A stretch of 58,793 nucleotides of DNA. Origin: a virus (lineage: Duplodnaviria > Caudoviricetes). Where the stretch lies: positions 1-58,793 of the IMG/VR virus record IMGVR_UViG_3300017786_003035. One strand, given 5' to 3'. The notes beneath the pieces are model-generated. The model saw nothing but the letters and a program-made list of their open reading frames with translations, was not told the origin of the DNA and searched no databases. The position numbers and the translations under genes are program-made. Shown one piece after another: positions 16,136 through 26,341 of this stretch; positions within the stretch are counted from its first letter, which is position 1; the number at the start of each line of letters is the position of its first letter.

Positions 16136-17432
16136 GTATAAATTTTCCGCTTGGTCTATCAAAGTACCCACTTGTTGTGTTTGATTCACAAACAATTTGA
16201 CAATCACATTCTTGTGCGTACTTTGTTGTATTATTATATCCTAAGCCATTTCTTCTATAAAACAATACTGTTTTGTGTTTCCAGTCTGCTTTTAATAACG
16301 GCTTAGGAAGTTTATTGTTACTAATATACACTACTTTAGTACGTTTGTCAACCAAATTATTAAGTTTTTTGTCTTTAATATAATCATTAAATGGGTCTTG
16401 GTCGCCACTTCTTCTAAATAATACACTTATCTCCTGTGTATCAATAATATTAGAAAAACTTTTGTAAGTTGTAACTAAATCGTTAAACGCTGTATCAGAA
16501 TTTTTATCGTCTTTCAAGATCATTAATAATGGAAACCTTTTAAGTTCAATTAATGAATTTACAAACTGATCAAAAGGCCTTGTAATATCTTCAATATGTC
16601 CTGCTCTTTCGCGTCTTATAATTCTATTAGAAAGCTCACTATAATTAAAAAGACTTTGCTCTAATGGAAGTGTATCAAAATGCCTCAACCCGTATAACAT
16701 TCTTCTATCATAATATAGTGCTAGTGTTTCATTATTAACTGGACCAATATCGTTATCTAATGCTGTAATAACATTATCTGGTACATTCTTTAAAACGCCA
16801 TTATATATTCCAGGAATATGATCTTGTTTATTATCATTGTAATCTTGTAATTGATTGAATGCTTGTTGTAGATCTTTTTGAATAACAAATTTAGTTGAAA
16901 AGCGATGAGCAATCTTAATTACTTCGTAAATATTACTTGGAGTTGGATCAAATATATGTGTATGATCTTTAACTTTATACGAACTGCTAGTTGAGCTTTT
17001 AGATATAGGTATTCTTTTTACAGCTTCTAATAGATCTATAATTTTTTTATTAAATGGAAACCTAATACCAATAACTGGTTCACCGTTATACTCTAGCATT
17101 TTAACCCAATGAGATCTGTCAATTTCTCTAAGAGGAAATTTAAGATTCTCACATGCTTCTACAACATTAATGTTATTCTTAGCAAACTGATCTTTATACG
17201 AAATAAGTTTTTCTTTTACAAGCTCATATTGTCTATCAGTTAACGCTATTGATTTTTGTAATTGTCTAGCAATACTATTCAATATAGTTACATCAGAACT
17301 TAGCATTATGTACGTAGTTTCGATAGACTTTTTCTGATAAGATCTCAGTGGCATTAATTGTCCAGGTGTTGGAATAGTAACTCCGGTTAACAGAGACAGA
17401 CAGTCTTCGCATGTATTTGTTTCTAGATTCAT
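16122..17432 (-). CDS. Hypothetical protein
   Basis: 436-aa ORF directly behind a sigma70 promoter and overlapping the uvsW start. Confidence 0.75.
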   Translation of the reverse strand: MNLETNTCEDCLSLLTGVTIPTPGQLMPLRSYQKKSIETTYIMLSSDVTILNSIARQLQKSIALTDRQYELVKEKLISYKDQFAKNNINVVEACENLKFPLREIDRSHWVKMLEYNGEPVIGIRFPFNKKIIDLLEAVKRIPISKSSTSSSYKVKDHTHIFDPTPSNIYEVIKIAHRFSTKFVIQKDLQQAFNQLQDYNDNKQDHIPGIYNGVLKNVPDNVITALDNDIGPVNNETLALYYDRRMLYGLRHFDTLPLEQSLFNYSELSNRIIRRERAGHIEDITRPFDQFVNSLIELKRFPLLMILKDDKNSDTAFNDLVTTYKSFSNIIDTQEISVLFRRSGDQDPFNDYIKDKKLNNLVDKRTKVVYISNNKLPKPLLKADWKHKTVLFYRRNGLGYNNTTKYAQECDCQIVCESNTTSGYFDRPSGKFIHANM

Positions 17433-17438
17433 ATTACT

Positions 17439-17467
17439 ATTATACAGTATTATAAAACAGAAGTCAA
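17439..17467 (-). promoter_or_regulatory. Sigma70-type promoter (leaderless configuration)
   Basis: TTGACT-17 nt-TATAAT with extended -10 TG nearby, 6 nt before ATG 17432. Confidence 0.75.
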
Positions 17468-18298
17468 GTGTTTAATAGGAATTCCTTGAGATATTTCTTC
17501 AATAGTCCATTCGGTATGTGCGTAATCATTAAGCCATTGTGTTCTATCGGGCATTAATGGTCTTTCAAGGTCGTGTAAGAAATCTATATCGTTGGCCACA
17601 TCATAAGCAAGAGAAGAAGGACTAACAAAAGCAGGAATACCCTCGATGATAGAATGTATCCCAGGGTTGCTACTATAACTGATAGTACAGAAAACATTAT
17701 CAAACCCCATATCAAAATCATCGTAAGTACCAATAACATGTGCAGGCTCCTGTCTTGTTACGTGTCTAAGTCCACGTTCGATGTGTTCTAATCTACATCT
17801 TGGATGAGGACGAAATATAATAGGACGGTCTGTGTGTTTCCGAATTTCGTCATATGTATCTAATAACCAATTGCTCATACGTGGCATGTTTTGCCACTGT
17901 AAACTTTTATCATGTTGGCCGCATATAAGAATATATTTGCCGTCTGTGCGCCATGGCTTTAAAGATAATCCAAGTAAACTAGCCCTACTATTATCATTAT
18001 TAGGATCATTAAAATAAGCATCACGGTTGATACCATTGAGTCCTACCTTCCAAGTTGTACCTCTAACAATACCGCCAACTTCTAAAACTATTGTTGGTTT
18101 GCCTTCGACTTTATTTCGTTCCCATATAGCTTGGTTTCCAGCCATGCGACCGTTCCAAAGTACGCTCCAAATAACATCAATCCCATCATTACCATTAATA
18201 ACAACATCATGTTTAAGAGCATTAGCACCAGCATGAAAGGCATCAAACACAGGCTTGCTATTGAGAGCACCAAATCTTTCATGTAAATTAAACCTCAT
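17450..18298 (-). CDS. GT-B glycosyltransferase, KpsS/KpsC (capsule synthesis)-like
   Basis: LEVG, YILICGQ, IIFRPHP, ISYSSNPGIHSIIEGIP, WL...A..EW...EI..G. Confidence 0.6.
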   Translation of the reverse strand: MRFNLHERFGALNSKPVFDAFHAGANALKHDVVINGNDGIDVIWSVLWNGRMAGNQAIWERNKVEGKPTIVLEVGGIVRGTTWKVGLNGINRDAYFNDPNNDNSRASLLGLSLKPWRTDGKYILICGQHDKSLQWQNMPRMSNWLLDTYDEIRKHTDRPIIFRPHPRCRLEHIERGLRHVTRQEPAHVIGTYDDFDMGFDNVFCTISYSSNPGIHSIIEGIPAFVSPSSLAYDVANDIDFLHDLERPLMPDRTQWLNDYAHTEWTIEEISQGIPIKHLTSVL

Positions 18299-19136
18299 TC
18301 CAATATGACTCTGGTCGTTTATTCATCAAATCTTTTGCTAGACTTTTTCCAGAATCTTTCCTTCCGCCTTTCATGTGATCGATCCATTTGCCAAGATCAC
18401 TATTAATTAATGGATGGCCGCCGCCACCTGTTTTGGCTGTGTTAACATAAATGTTTTCACTGTAATCGTGTACATGAGGACAATCCTTTTTCATACCGTT
18501 AAGAATGTGTCCAAAGACAAAACTGTCATGCCATTCTTCCAGTGTAAATATACCATTATCGGCATCTTCATACATCCTTTCAAACTCTTTAAGGAATTCA
18601 ATACATACAGGGTGTTTCATGTTCATTCCATAAAATCCACACTCTGGCCATGTTTGTGATCCTTTACCTCTACCAACATATGTAATCCATTTGTCGTTTG
18701 GTAGTAACTCTTTAAATTGATCATAACTCCAATTACTGTGTACAAATGTATCTGCGTCCATCCACACACACCAGTCCTTAGAGCGTGTACAAGCGTCATA
18801 CACAGCATATGTTTTATTAGCAAAGCGTATAGCGTCCCACTTAAACTTTTTATGCCAGTCACGTGGTCTACGTGCTTTTATATCATCAGGTGGTATTCCG
18901 TTTGCTTTATCTATATTAGCCCAACGTTCTTTGAAAGCATTTAGTTTAGGCAATTCTTTTACAGCATCTAATATTGTAATTTGTTCAGGATCAGGATTTA
19001 CAGGATTACAATTTTCGGCATACACTAATAACTTGATACGTTTGTCAACTCTTTGAGCAAACGAATCTAAGAAACGCTGTCCGTATGTGTCTAATCCTGG
19101 TTGATGAAACGTTGTTAAAACTATTATTTCTTCCAT
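18288..19136 (-). CDS. GT-A fold glycosyltransferase-like protein
   Basis: WMDADT (DxD), ECGF, EWHDS, DHMKG; start moved to ATG 19136. Confidence 0.65.
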   Translation of the reverse strand: MEEIIVLTTFHQPGLDTYGQRFLDSFAQRVDKRIKLLVYAENCNPVNPDPEQITILDAVKELPKLNAFKERWANIDKANGIPPDDIKARRPRDWHKKFKWDAIRFANKTYAVYDACTRSKDWCVWMDADTFVHSNWSYDQFKELLPNDKWITYVGRGKGSQTWPECGFYGMNMKHPVCIEFLKEFERMYEDADNGIFTLEEWHDSFVFGHILNGMKKDCPHVHDYSENIYVNTAKTGGGGHPLINSDLGKWIDHMKGGRKDSGKSLAKDLMNKRPESYWNEV

Positions 19137-20068
19137 GCGTAATCTCTCATATGTTTCCAGCATTCGCCAGTTTTTAATTCTTCTTGTGTCCAATGGAACA
19201 TTGATAGTCTTCGCAACCATGCTTCTCTATCAAATTCGTAATTAGGATTTTCAAGATCTCTAAGGTTTGTATTAGCAACTTCTTTTGCTTGGCTTCTTTC
19301 AGGGTCAAGCACAAATATAGGAACACCTTCGATTGCTGAAACAACTGCCGGACTACTATTATAACTAATAACACAATAAGCATTCATTAAGTCTTGCATT
19401 AATGTTCTTGTAGGAGTTGATATATCTACTTTATGACCAATTGCTCTTAATTTCATAATATGCTTTTGAATTTTTTTATCACCTGGATGGAAACGTACTA
19501 ATACTTTACGATCAGTATGTCTAGCAATTCTTTGTAATAAAACATGTAACCAATTAATTAGTTCTTGGCCATCCATACTCCATCCGCCGTCACGTTGACA
19601 TGTTATTAAAATATAGTCACCATTTTTACGGTAAGGTTTTAATCTAAGATCTAATGTATCTCGTAACTTTCCCCAACGTTCGGGTATAAGTTTATTATCA
19701 CAGTATTCGCCTGTAGTAGGAAAAATACCGTCGAAACTATAACGCAAATATGTCTTTGTATTTTTAGGATCGTATGCTAAAAATAAATTACTATCAGCAA
19801 TAATAGTTCTACCACCGTGTGACGCTTGATTAGATAATACACTTCTTCTTAAATTAAGATGGGGTACATGTTTACTTTCCGGATGTACAAACCCTTGTAG
19901 CACACCAACGTCTGCTGGTTCGTATTGGTATGTATCAATAATTGAACCTTTGTCACCTACACGACAAACACCTTCAATAAAATTATGTAATAGTTGTGGC
20001 TTCTCCGGATTTTTATTTCCGGGAGGTATAGCCTTCATGTATGCGTTTACTCTAAATGGCCTCATCAT
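19124..20068 (-). CDS. GT-B glycosyltransferase, KpsS/KpsC-like
   Basis: YILITCQ, VLVRFHP, ISYNSSPAVVSAIEGVP; paralog of 17450..18298. Confidence 0.6.
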   Translation of the reverse strand: MMRPFRVNAYMKAIPPGNKNPEKPQLLHNFIEGVCRVGDKGSIIDTYQYEPADVGVLQGFVHPESKHVPHLNLRRSVLSNQASHGGRTIIADSNLFLAYDPKNTKTYLRYSFDGIFPTTGEYCDNKLIPERWGKLRDTLDLRLKPYRKNGDYILITCQRDGGWSMDGQELINWLHVLLQRIARHTDRKVLVRFHPGDKKIQKHIMKLRAIGHKVDISTPTRTLMQDLMNAYCVISYNSSPAVVSAIEGVPIFVLDPERSQAKEVANTNLRDLENPNYEFDREAWLRRLSMFHWTQEELKTGECWKHMRDYAWKK

Positions 20069-20924
20069 ATAATCCGTTTCGATCAATAAGTTTTAATGCT
20101 TTACTAGTAGACATTTCTTCCGGAGTAAATTGGCAATACGCAAGGTAGTGTAACAAGTCCATCATCTGTTCTTTTTCAGGATAAAACGCATCTTCAATTT
20201 TTGATAATTCTGTATTTGCTAAAGGTGTTACACAACAAGGTGCCATAACAAATGCTGGAATACCGTAGTGCATTGCTTCTAATGCGGCCATACTTTGATA
20301 TGTAACAACAGCATAAACGTTTTCATTAAAGCATTGGTGGGCAACACTATTATCTTTAATACGGTCTGGACGTAACCCTTTTTCTCTAATAATAATTTTT
20401 CTATTTGTGTGTTTGCGTAACTCAGCAATAGTATCTTTAAGCCATTCTGCTTTTGTAATATTGTAAAAAGCACATGGCTTTTCACTAGGTGTTACAAGTA
20501 AGATAGGACCATTTTGTTTTGATCGATCTTTCCTACCAAAGTATTTCATATAAGGAGATATATTTAATAGTTCTTGAAACCTATCTCCTGCTATTGTTTT
20601 ATATTTTGTATGCTGGATATTATTTTTAACAACTCTATAAAAATGTTTCTTTTTCATTAAGTTACCCATATATCCGTTATCAATATAATAAAAAGGTCTG
20701 CCAGTTTCCCAACACTTATAAATTTCTTTACGTTTTGTCATGCTACGAAATGCTACTGGAATATCATTACGCCATGGACTTTCGTTTACTTTACTACAAA
20801 TATCTTTCCTGTCAATTACAAGTGCGCTTGTACCTCTAATCCAATGCTTCATAATTTCATCTTCGCCGTTAATAGCAAGCATTTTTGGATTTTCAGCAGG
20901 ACCTAAATGGTCAAATGTACCCAT
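20052..20924 (-). CDS. GT-B glycosyltransferase-like protein (KpsS-like paralog)
   Basis: YIDNGY, IIIREK, VTYQSMAALEAMHYGIP, LAYCQFT.EE. Confidence 0.55.
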   Translation of the reverse strand: MGTFDHLGPAENPKMLAINGEDEIMKHWIRGTSALVIDRKDICSKVNESPWRNDIPVAFRSMTKRKEIYKCWETGRPFYYIDNGYMGNLMKKKHFYRVVKNNIQHTKYKTIAGDRFQELLNISPYMKYFGRKDRSKQNGPILLVTPSEKPCAFYNITKAEWLKDTIAELRKHTNRKIIIREKGLRPDRIKDNSVAHQCFNENVYAVVTYQSMAALEAMHYGIPAFVMAPCCVTPLANTELSKIEDAFYPEKEQMMDLLHYLAYCQFTPEEMSTSKALKLIDRNGLYDEAI

Positions 20925-20927
20925 AAA

Positions 20928-21608
20928 TTATACCTCGTCTTCCATCATGTTAAATAATTCATTTTTCCATTCAGCATGGAATTCACAATCTCTATAATTT
21001 TCAAACCACGGACCACCTTCTGTGTAGTGGATTAGTTTTGGTTTTTCGATATCATCGTATACACCTACCAAGTAATTCCATGTGTGATCAATGCTACCAA
21101 TTTCTTCATCTTTCAACCAACTAAAGCGATGCATGTATGCGCCGTTAAGTTCAATTTCGTTTACAAAGTCTTGATCAACAACTTTGTTACTAGGGTGTCC
21201 ACAGTTCCATAATACCATTGAGCTCCAATTTTTACGTGGATAGATTGTTTGTTTTTGTCCATCCATCTTTGTAGTTTCGGTTACTTTATACTCATGTTGT
21301 ACACACATAACAGCATACTTGTCATCTGCTTGTTCAAACAGTTCTGCAATATCTGTTGTTAATATCATATCACTATCCATAAACACTGCCCAACCTTTAA
21401 AGTTAGTTAGCTCAGGAATAAGAAAACGTGTAAATGTAAATTCTGTTGATGCTAACTTATCAATTGGTCTTTTGTACCAACCAGCATCACGTAGCTCCTG
21501 TTGTTTTAACGGAATAACTTCAACGTCTTTACTTCTTGCTAGAATACTGTGCTTACATACTTGATAAGCAATATCTTCTCTAGTGTCATATCCTACGAAT
21601 ACCTTCAT
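20928..21608 (-). CDS. GT-A glycosyltransferase (GT8-like)
   Basis: VFVGYD, STEFTFTRF, FMDSD, RKNWSS, WN, IHYTEGGPW. Confidence 0.8.
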   Translation of the reverse strand: MKVFVGYDTREDIAYQVCKHSILARSKDVEVIPLKQQELRDAGWYKRPIDKLASTEFTFTRFLIPELTNFKGWAVFMDSDMILTTDIAELFEQADDKYAVMCVQHEYKVTETTKMDGQKQTIYPRKNWSSMVLWNCGHPSNKVVDQDFVNEIELNGAYMHRFSWLKDEEIGSIDHTWNYLVGVYDDIEKPKLIHYTEGGPWFENYRDCEFHAEWKNELFNMMEDEV

Positions 21609-22387
21609 GGATCATACCTTTCTATATCTTCTTCTTTCAACTTGTCTGTCTCGCCTTTCCACACTTCTACAATGTGTGCTGGTTCGTCACTATCATTACA
21701 TCCTTGGTGCCAGGTGCCCATAGGAATGTCTATTGGATTAGCAGGGTGTAAATGTTGAACGCCCGCTCCATCAAATGGATCAGTGTGTCTACTCATTTTA
21801 AGATGAGCATTGCCGCTTACTAAGTTCCACGTTTCACTACGATACTTGTGTCGTTGCATACTAAGTTTACTGTGAGGATTGATAACAAGTTCTTTAACTT
21901 GAAATCCTTCACCTTGATACAGTTCTCTATAGTGTCCCCATTCACGTTCTACTTTAGGTGCTTTCCATTCTTTAAGTATCCAACTACTTGAATTCTTTTT
22001 ATTATCTCCACCAACACCAAATACAAAATCACAATATGGCATATCACCATATGTGGTCATCTCTGGTATGTTGGCATCTGTTCTATCTCCACCGTTAGCG
22101 AAAATAACTTTTATATTACCATGTATTGCTAATGTTTTATAGATTGCTCCACATGCTGTATCGTCTGAATCATCAAAACTAACAATTTGATCAACTATAG
22201 ATAATCCTTTGATAATCTCAGCACGTTCTTCAAAAGGCATAAATGGTCTACCTTTTTTACGTACAAGCCATTCGTCACTGTTGATGCCAACAACTAGTTT
22301 ATCACCTAGTTGTCTAGCGGCTTTAAAATACGCTAAGTGTCCTGAATGTAGTGGATCGAACCCACCTGTCACTAATACTACGTCCAT
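21605..22387 (-). CDS. Cytidylyltransferase (HxGH) fused to mannose-6-phosphate isomerase-like cupin
   Basis: GGFDPLHSGH, NSDEWL.RKKG, FANGGDR, NSSS; then WG.Y, LSMQRH..RSETW, WH. Confidence 0.85.
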   Translation of the reverse strand: MDVVLVTGGFDPLHSGHLAYFKAARQLGDKLVVGINSDEWLVRKKGRPFMPFEERAEIIKGLSIVDQIVSFDDSDDTACGAIYKTLAIHGNIKVIFANGGDRTDANIPEMTTYGDMPYCDFVFGVGGDNKKNSSSWILKEWKAPKVEREWGHYRELYQGEGFQVKELVINPHSKLSMQRHKYRSETWNLVSGNAHLKMSRHTDPFDGAGVQHLHPANPIDIPMGTWHQGCNDSDEPAHIVEVWKGETDKLKEEDIERYDP

Positions 22388-22392
22388 ACTGA

Positions 22393-22398
22393 TATTTA
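22393..22398 (-). promoter_or_regulatory. Late-type TAAATA box inside the glycan island
   Basis: TAAATA 5 nt before ATG 22387; same geometry as upstream of the terminase gene. Confidence 0.5.
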
Positions 22399-22407
22399 TG
22401 TGCGTAG

Positions 22408-23067
22408 TTATTTACTTGTTGTTGATTTGATACCTTGTACTTTAGTAAAGTAAGGTTTGTATGATCGCAACCATGTACACAGTTGTTTACACATAATAGC
22501 ATCATTAGGCCACCAGCCAATTGTATCTTGTAAACTACAAATCTTTTGTGCGGCATCTGGTTTAATAATGTAAGCACTATGTCCTGGTAATCCTTGTGGA
22601 ATTGTTTTGTCTGCTACCCAAGGAACTTCTTGTTCTCCTGAGTTATCTAGTTTATCGTATAGTTTCCAATTAAACGTAGCATGGTCTGGATTGTTAATAC
22701 TAATAGCGCCGCCTTCAAAGTCAAAGGGCTTAAACTGTCTATAGAAAATAGCATCATGTTCGAGTATCATAATAGTTTCATTAAGCTCAATACTCTTTTG
22801 CCATAGTTTATAATGACTACCTGCGGCCGCAATACGTTTAGTCATATCGTATGTCTTGTATGCTTTAAGAGTCATGCCTGTTGTTGGGCAAACTTTTTTC
22901 TTAGTGTAGGGCCATTTCCAATCTACTTGCCACATTGTTTCAGGAACAATAGCAGTAAACTTTTCAATATCTAATTCTGAATTTGTATCTTTTACAGATT
23001 GAATACATTTATCAGCATGTAGCTGACTGTCTTCATGTCCTGGGATTGCTATAACAAATGCTTTCAT
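22408..23067 (-). CDS. Glycosyltransferase family 25-like
   Basis: SHYKLW, ILEHDA, AYII.P.AA.K, ND. Confidence 0.75.
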   Translation of the reverse strand: MKAFVIAIPGHEDSQLHADKCIQSVKDTNSELDIEKFTAIVPETMWQVDWKWPYTKKKVCPTTGMTLKAYKTYDMTKRIAAAGSHYKLWQKSIELNETIMILEHDAIFYRQFKPFDFEGGAISINNPDHATFNWKLYDKLDNSGEQEVPWVADKTIPQGLPGHSAYIIKPDAAQKICSLQDTIGWWPNDAIMCKQLCTWLRSYKPYFTKVQGIKSTTSK

Positions 23068-23636
23068 CTTTCTAACACATAAACTTTACTAGGTTCACGT
23101 CCTTTAAGTCCAGTTGAATCAAACGTTGATACAAGTTTTAGTCCTACTCTGTTAAACAAATCTCTTAGTTCATTATCATTTATTTCTAAAGGATCCCAAG
23201 GTCGAGCTCTGTTATCGTTGTCTCCATAACCGTGTTCAAGATATATACGACCATTTGGTGACAATTGATCAGCCCAAACAGTTAATGTTTTAATAGGATC
23301 AAACACATGATCAAAACTGTTAGAATATACAATATCAAAATGTCCAATCCATTCTTCTTTTTGTAAATTAAAATCATGCTGTATTGTCATTGGCCATTTG
23401 TCGGCAATTCCAACTTCAGTTCCTATAATATTTGCGTCAGGGTAGCAAATTTTAAAAAACTGTTGTTCAACAGCTCTGCGTGTTCCGTGACACATAATAT
23501 TGTGTGCTATACCTTTATCGCCTGCTACTTTATTAATTGTTTTCTGTTCAACATATACCATATGTTGCTTTTCTTTATTAGCATCTTTTTGGCTATCTAC
23601 GTATTCGTTATAATCTTTATATTCGTATTGTTTCAT
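23064..23636 (-). CDS. Class I SAM-dependent methyltransferase
   Basis: CHGTR, FDIVYSNSFDH, LSPNG. Confidence 0.7.
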   Translation of the reverse strand: MKQYEYKDYNEYVDSQKDANKEKQHMVYVEQKTINKVAGDKGIAHNIMCHGTRRAVEQQFFKICYPDANIIGTEVGIADKWPMTIQHDFNLQKEEWIGHFDIVYSNSFDHVFDPIKTLTVWADQLSPNGRIYLEHGYGDNDNRARPWDPLEINDNELRDLFNRVGLKLVSTFDSTGLKGREPSKVYVLER

Positions 23637-23654
23637 GTACTACTCCAAAAATAC

Positions 23655-24341
23655 TTATTTGATTAATTCTACAAGACCGTGAACACTGGTATGTATATCG
23701 CCATATGGTTCACTTAGAAGTTGATACCATCCCCATTCGTTTGGATATAGCTTTCCTTCATTTAATAATTTTTTAAGTAATTGATGATCAGCATGTTTTC
23801 TTCTATGTATTAAAAAATGGTAAGGAAGGTAACCATACCAATCGTCACGTTTACTTTCTTTGTCAACATCACTCCAATGTCCGCTACCAAATTGACTACC
23901 TCTGCCTTTGCGTATCATAAATCCAGCAGGGCCTTTATCGTAAGCATACTTTAAGTGATGGTTTAAGTTAACTTGTCTATCTAACTTTGTATTCCAATCT
24001 ACTCTAACAATTAAATCATGATGCTGAGGTATCTTTTTTAGTAAATCAAAATGTTGAATCATAGGAACAATACCAAAATAAAAGTTGTCAAACATTTTTT
24101 TAGACTTGACATATTCGCCATACTTCTCATGCTTGCTTGGCGGCGTAACTTCCATAGGATGGTAATGCCATTTAGGATAGTGCATTGTAAAAAGTTTATT
24201 ATGATATTCTTGTGGTACTAAATGTGTTTTGTTACTCCAAGTATGATAGTAAATATCGTTGCCCGGAAACCAACGTCTGAGTTGTTCTGTAATTTTACTA
24301 TCTTTGTCGTTTACACCACTAACACATATTGCTAAGTTCAT
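23655..24341 (-). CDS. Hypothetical protein, possibly glycosyltransferase-related
   Basis: LAICVSG, YYHTW, DLIVR pattern; lies within the glycan island. Confidence 0.5.
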   Translation of the reverse strand: MNLAICVSGVNDKDSKITEQLRRWFPGNDIYYHTWSNKTHLVPQEYHNKLFTMHYPKWHYHPMEVTPPSKHEKYGEYVKSKKMFDNFYFGIVPMIQHFDLLKKIPQHHDLIVRVDWNTKLDRQVNLNHHLKYAYDKGPAGFMIRKGRGSQFGSGHWSDVDKESKRDDWYGYLPYHFLIHRRKHADHQLLKKLLNEGKLYPNEWGWYQLLSEPYGDIHTSVHGLVELIK

Positions 24342-25034
24342 TTAAAAAAACCATTTTTTAAGATTTCGAGCAAGAAGTTTATTACTTTCGAGCCCTGGAT
24401 GAGATCCGTCTAAAGCATGATCGATTAAAAAATCTGTCTCCCAAATTATTTGTTTTACTAACATTGGAGCAAGAATATGCTTAAACTCTTTATCAACTAA
24501 TATTCTGTTATCATGTTCTGCAATTATATGAATAGGAATAATATGCTTACGTCTAAGATAGTTATCAGCAGTATTTACAATAGTAGCAAAGTCAAAACTA
24601 GCGTTATAATCATTGTGTAGTTTTTCGTAATAAAATGTTAAAAATTCTTGATGCTCTTTATGAGTCATTTCAATTTTTTCGTAATGCTCTGATGGGAATT
24701 TCATACCAAGTAAAGCAGGTAGAAAATCATGAGCTATAACACCACCGTGATCTTTTTGTAGTAGTCTTGTGTTTCTATTAGAATTAGGCCATAATATAAT
24801 TACTACTGAATCACTTTTTAAATCTTTACAATTTACAATATTGTATAATGTACGTTTTGGTGATGCGCCTGGTTTACCAAGGTTAAAACATTTCATACCT
24901 AGATCAGTAGCAAGTAATTGTGGCCAAGCAAAGTTACTTGGACCATCGCTCTCGCTTGGTGGATGAGCATCTGGCAAAGAATGTCCAAAAGTATGACTAC
25001 ACCCAAACGCAAAAAGACGTTTTCTATTAGCCAT
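24342..25034 (-). CDS. SGNH-hydrolase-like protein (possible O-acyl esterase/transferase)
   Basis: FGCSHT, NLGKPGAS, DGSHPG. Confidence 0.6.
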   Translation of the reverse strand: MANRKRLFAFGCSHTFGHSLPDAHPPSESDGPSNFAWPQLLATDLGMKCFNLGKPGASPKRTLYNIVNCKDLKSDSVVIILWPNSNRNTRLLQKDHGGVIAHDFLPALLGMKFPSEHYEKIEMTHKEHQEFLTFYYEKLHNDYNASFDFATIVNTADNYLRRKHIIPIHIIAEHDNRILVDKEFKHILAPMLVKQIIWETDFLIDHALDGSHPGLESNKLLARNLKKWFF

Positions 25035-26341
25035 TAAAACAGTCCTACGTTGTTCAATACATCAAACGGATCACTTCCAAAAGTTGCTTCAAACTTTACA
25101 AGCATTTCTTTCTTTAGTGCTTGCTTCACTTCTTCAAATACAAAAGGCCATTTTTCTGCTGGAATACAAACTACTCCGTCTGGATCACCAAATATAATAT
25201 CATTGTTCTTAACTGTAACACCATTTACTTCAACAGGCATATTCATTTCTTCTAGCGTACCTTCATATCTAATATCGTCAGGCATACGTCCATGAGCAAA
25301 TAACGGAAGTCCCATTTGGGTAACACGTTCTACATCACGTGTTTGTCCATCTACTACTACACCAACTGCTCCGCTACGATAAGCAAAGTGTGCGTTTAGG
25401 TCTCCAAAATATGCTTTATCCTTTATGTCAGTACTTACAATAATAACATCACCCGGAGCAATAAATCTATAACTGTCTAACGCATCAAAAATACCTTCCC
25501 AATGTTTGTCAGTTGGATCTTTTTCTTCTTCAGGCAACTCTTTTAATTTTAATGTTTTAGCATAGCCTAAGAATGTTCCGTTATTCATAGACTTAATTTC
25601 ACTACTTAAGAAATGTTTTATATTATGTTCTTTACAAATATCACTTAGTAAACAACTACTAATACTTTTACTTAATATCTTTAGTTTTTGTACTCTTTTA
25701 CTGCGTTGACCTGCGCAAATATCTTCGGCAAATTCTAAGTCTTCAGGATTATTAATATCTACATTTTGTAAAGGTGTTACAGGATACATGATAACATCTT
25801 CACTATAACGTTTTGTTAAAGGTTCACCGTTTGTTTTTACAGCATAGAAGCTCATTGATTCAATATTATGTGTAGGTAAATCAACACTATTCGGAATAGT
25901 ATCTCCGTATGTAGGTTTGTTGTCTTCCCACAGATATAATTTTTGCTCAGTAACAGCAACCAAACTTGTAGCAATACTTTCTTTTAACTGTTTGATAGCA
26001 GGATCGATTACAGTTTTATCTATAAAAGGAGCAGTACATAATACTTGTACAACTATATCAGCATTAGGAACAAGCCTTGCTTCGTTAGCAAACATCGCAT
26101 GTCCGTCAGTAGCATTATTAGCTAACGCAGGATCTCTATAATGATGTTGGATATCAAGATCATTCGCAAGCTCGTGTATGTAGTTGTCTTCACTGTCTAA
26201 CCATACTTCGTCAATTTCATCACACTCTAGTAGTTGTCGAAGTTTTCGCTTAAACAAGTACTCTCCATCAAGTACTCGTGTATTCTTACTTTCAATACGC
26301 TCACTGTTTCCTTTAGCAGGAACAAACGCTACTACTTTCAT
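25034..26341 (-). CDS. NeuA-type CMP-sugar synthetase fused to RraA/HMG-aldolase domain
   Basis: N-terminal VPAKGNSERIESKN, TAPF, VDINNPED; C-terminal AYFGDL, VVVDG.TRD, DIIFGDPDGVVCIP. Start moved to ATG 26341. Confidence 0.8.
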   Translation of the reverse strand: MKVVAFVPAKGNSERIESKNTRVLDGEYLFKRKLRQLLECDEIDEVWLDSEDNYIHELANDLDIQHHYRDPALANNATDGHAMFANEARLVPNADIVVQVLCTAPFIDKTVIDPAIKQLKESIATSLVAVTEQKLYLWEDNKPTYGDTIPNSVDLPTHNIESMSFYAVKTNGEPLTKRYSEDVIMYPVTPLQNVDINNPEDLEFAEDICAGQRSKRVQKLKILSKSISSCLLSDICKEHNIKHFLSSEIKSMNNGTFLGYAKTLKLKELPEEEKDPTDKHWEGIFDALDSYRFIAPGDVIIVSTDIKDKAYFGDLNAHFAYRSGAVGVVVDGQTRDVERVTQMGLPLFAHGRMPDDIRYEGTLEEMNMPVEVNGVTVKNNDIIFGDPDGVVCIPAEKWPFVFEEVKQALKKEMLVKFEATFGSDPFDVLNNVGLF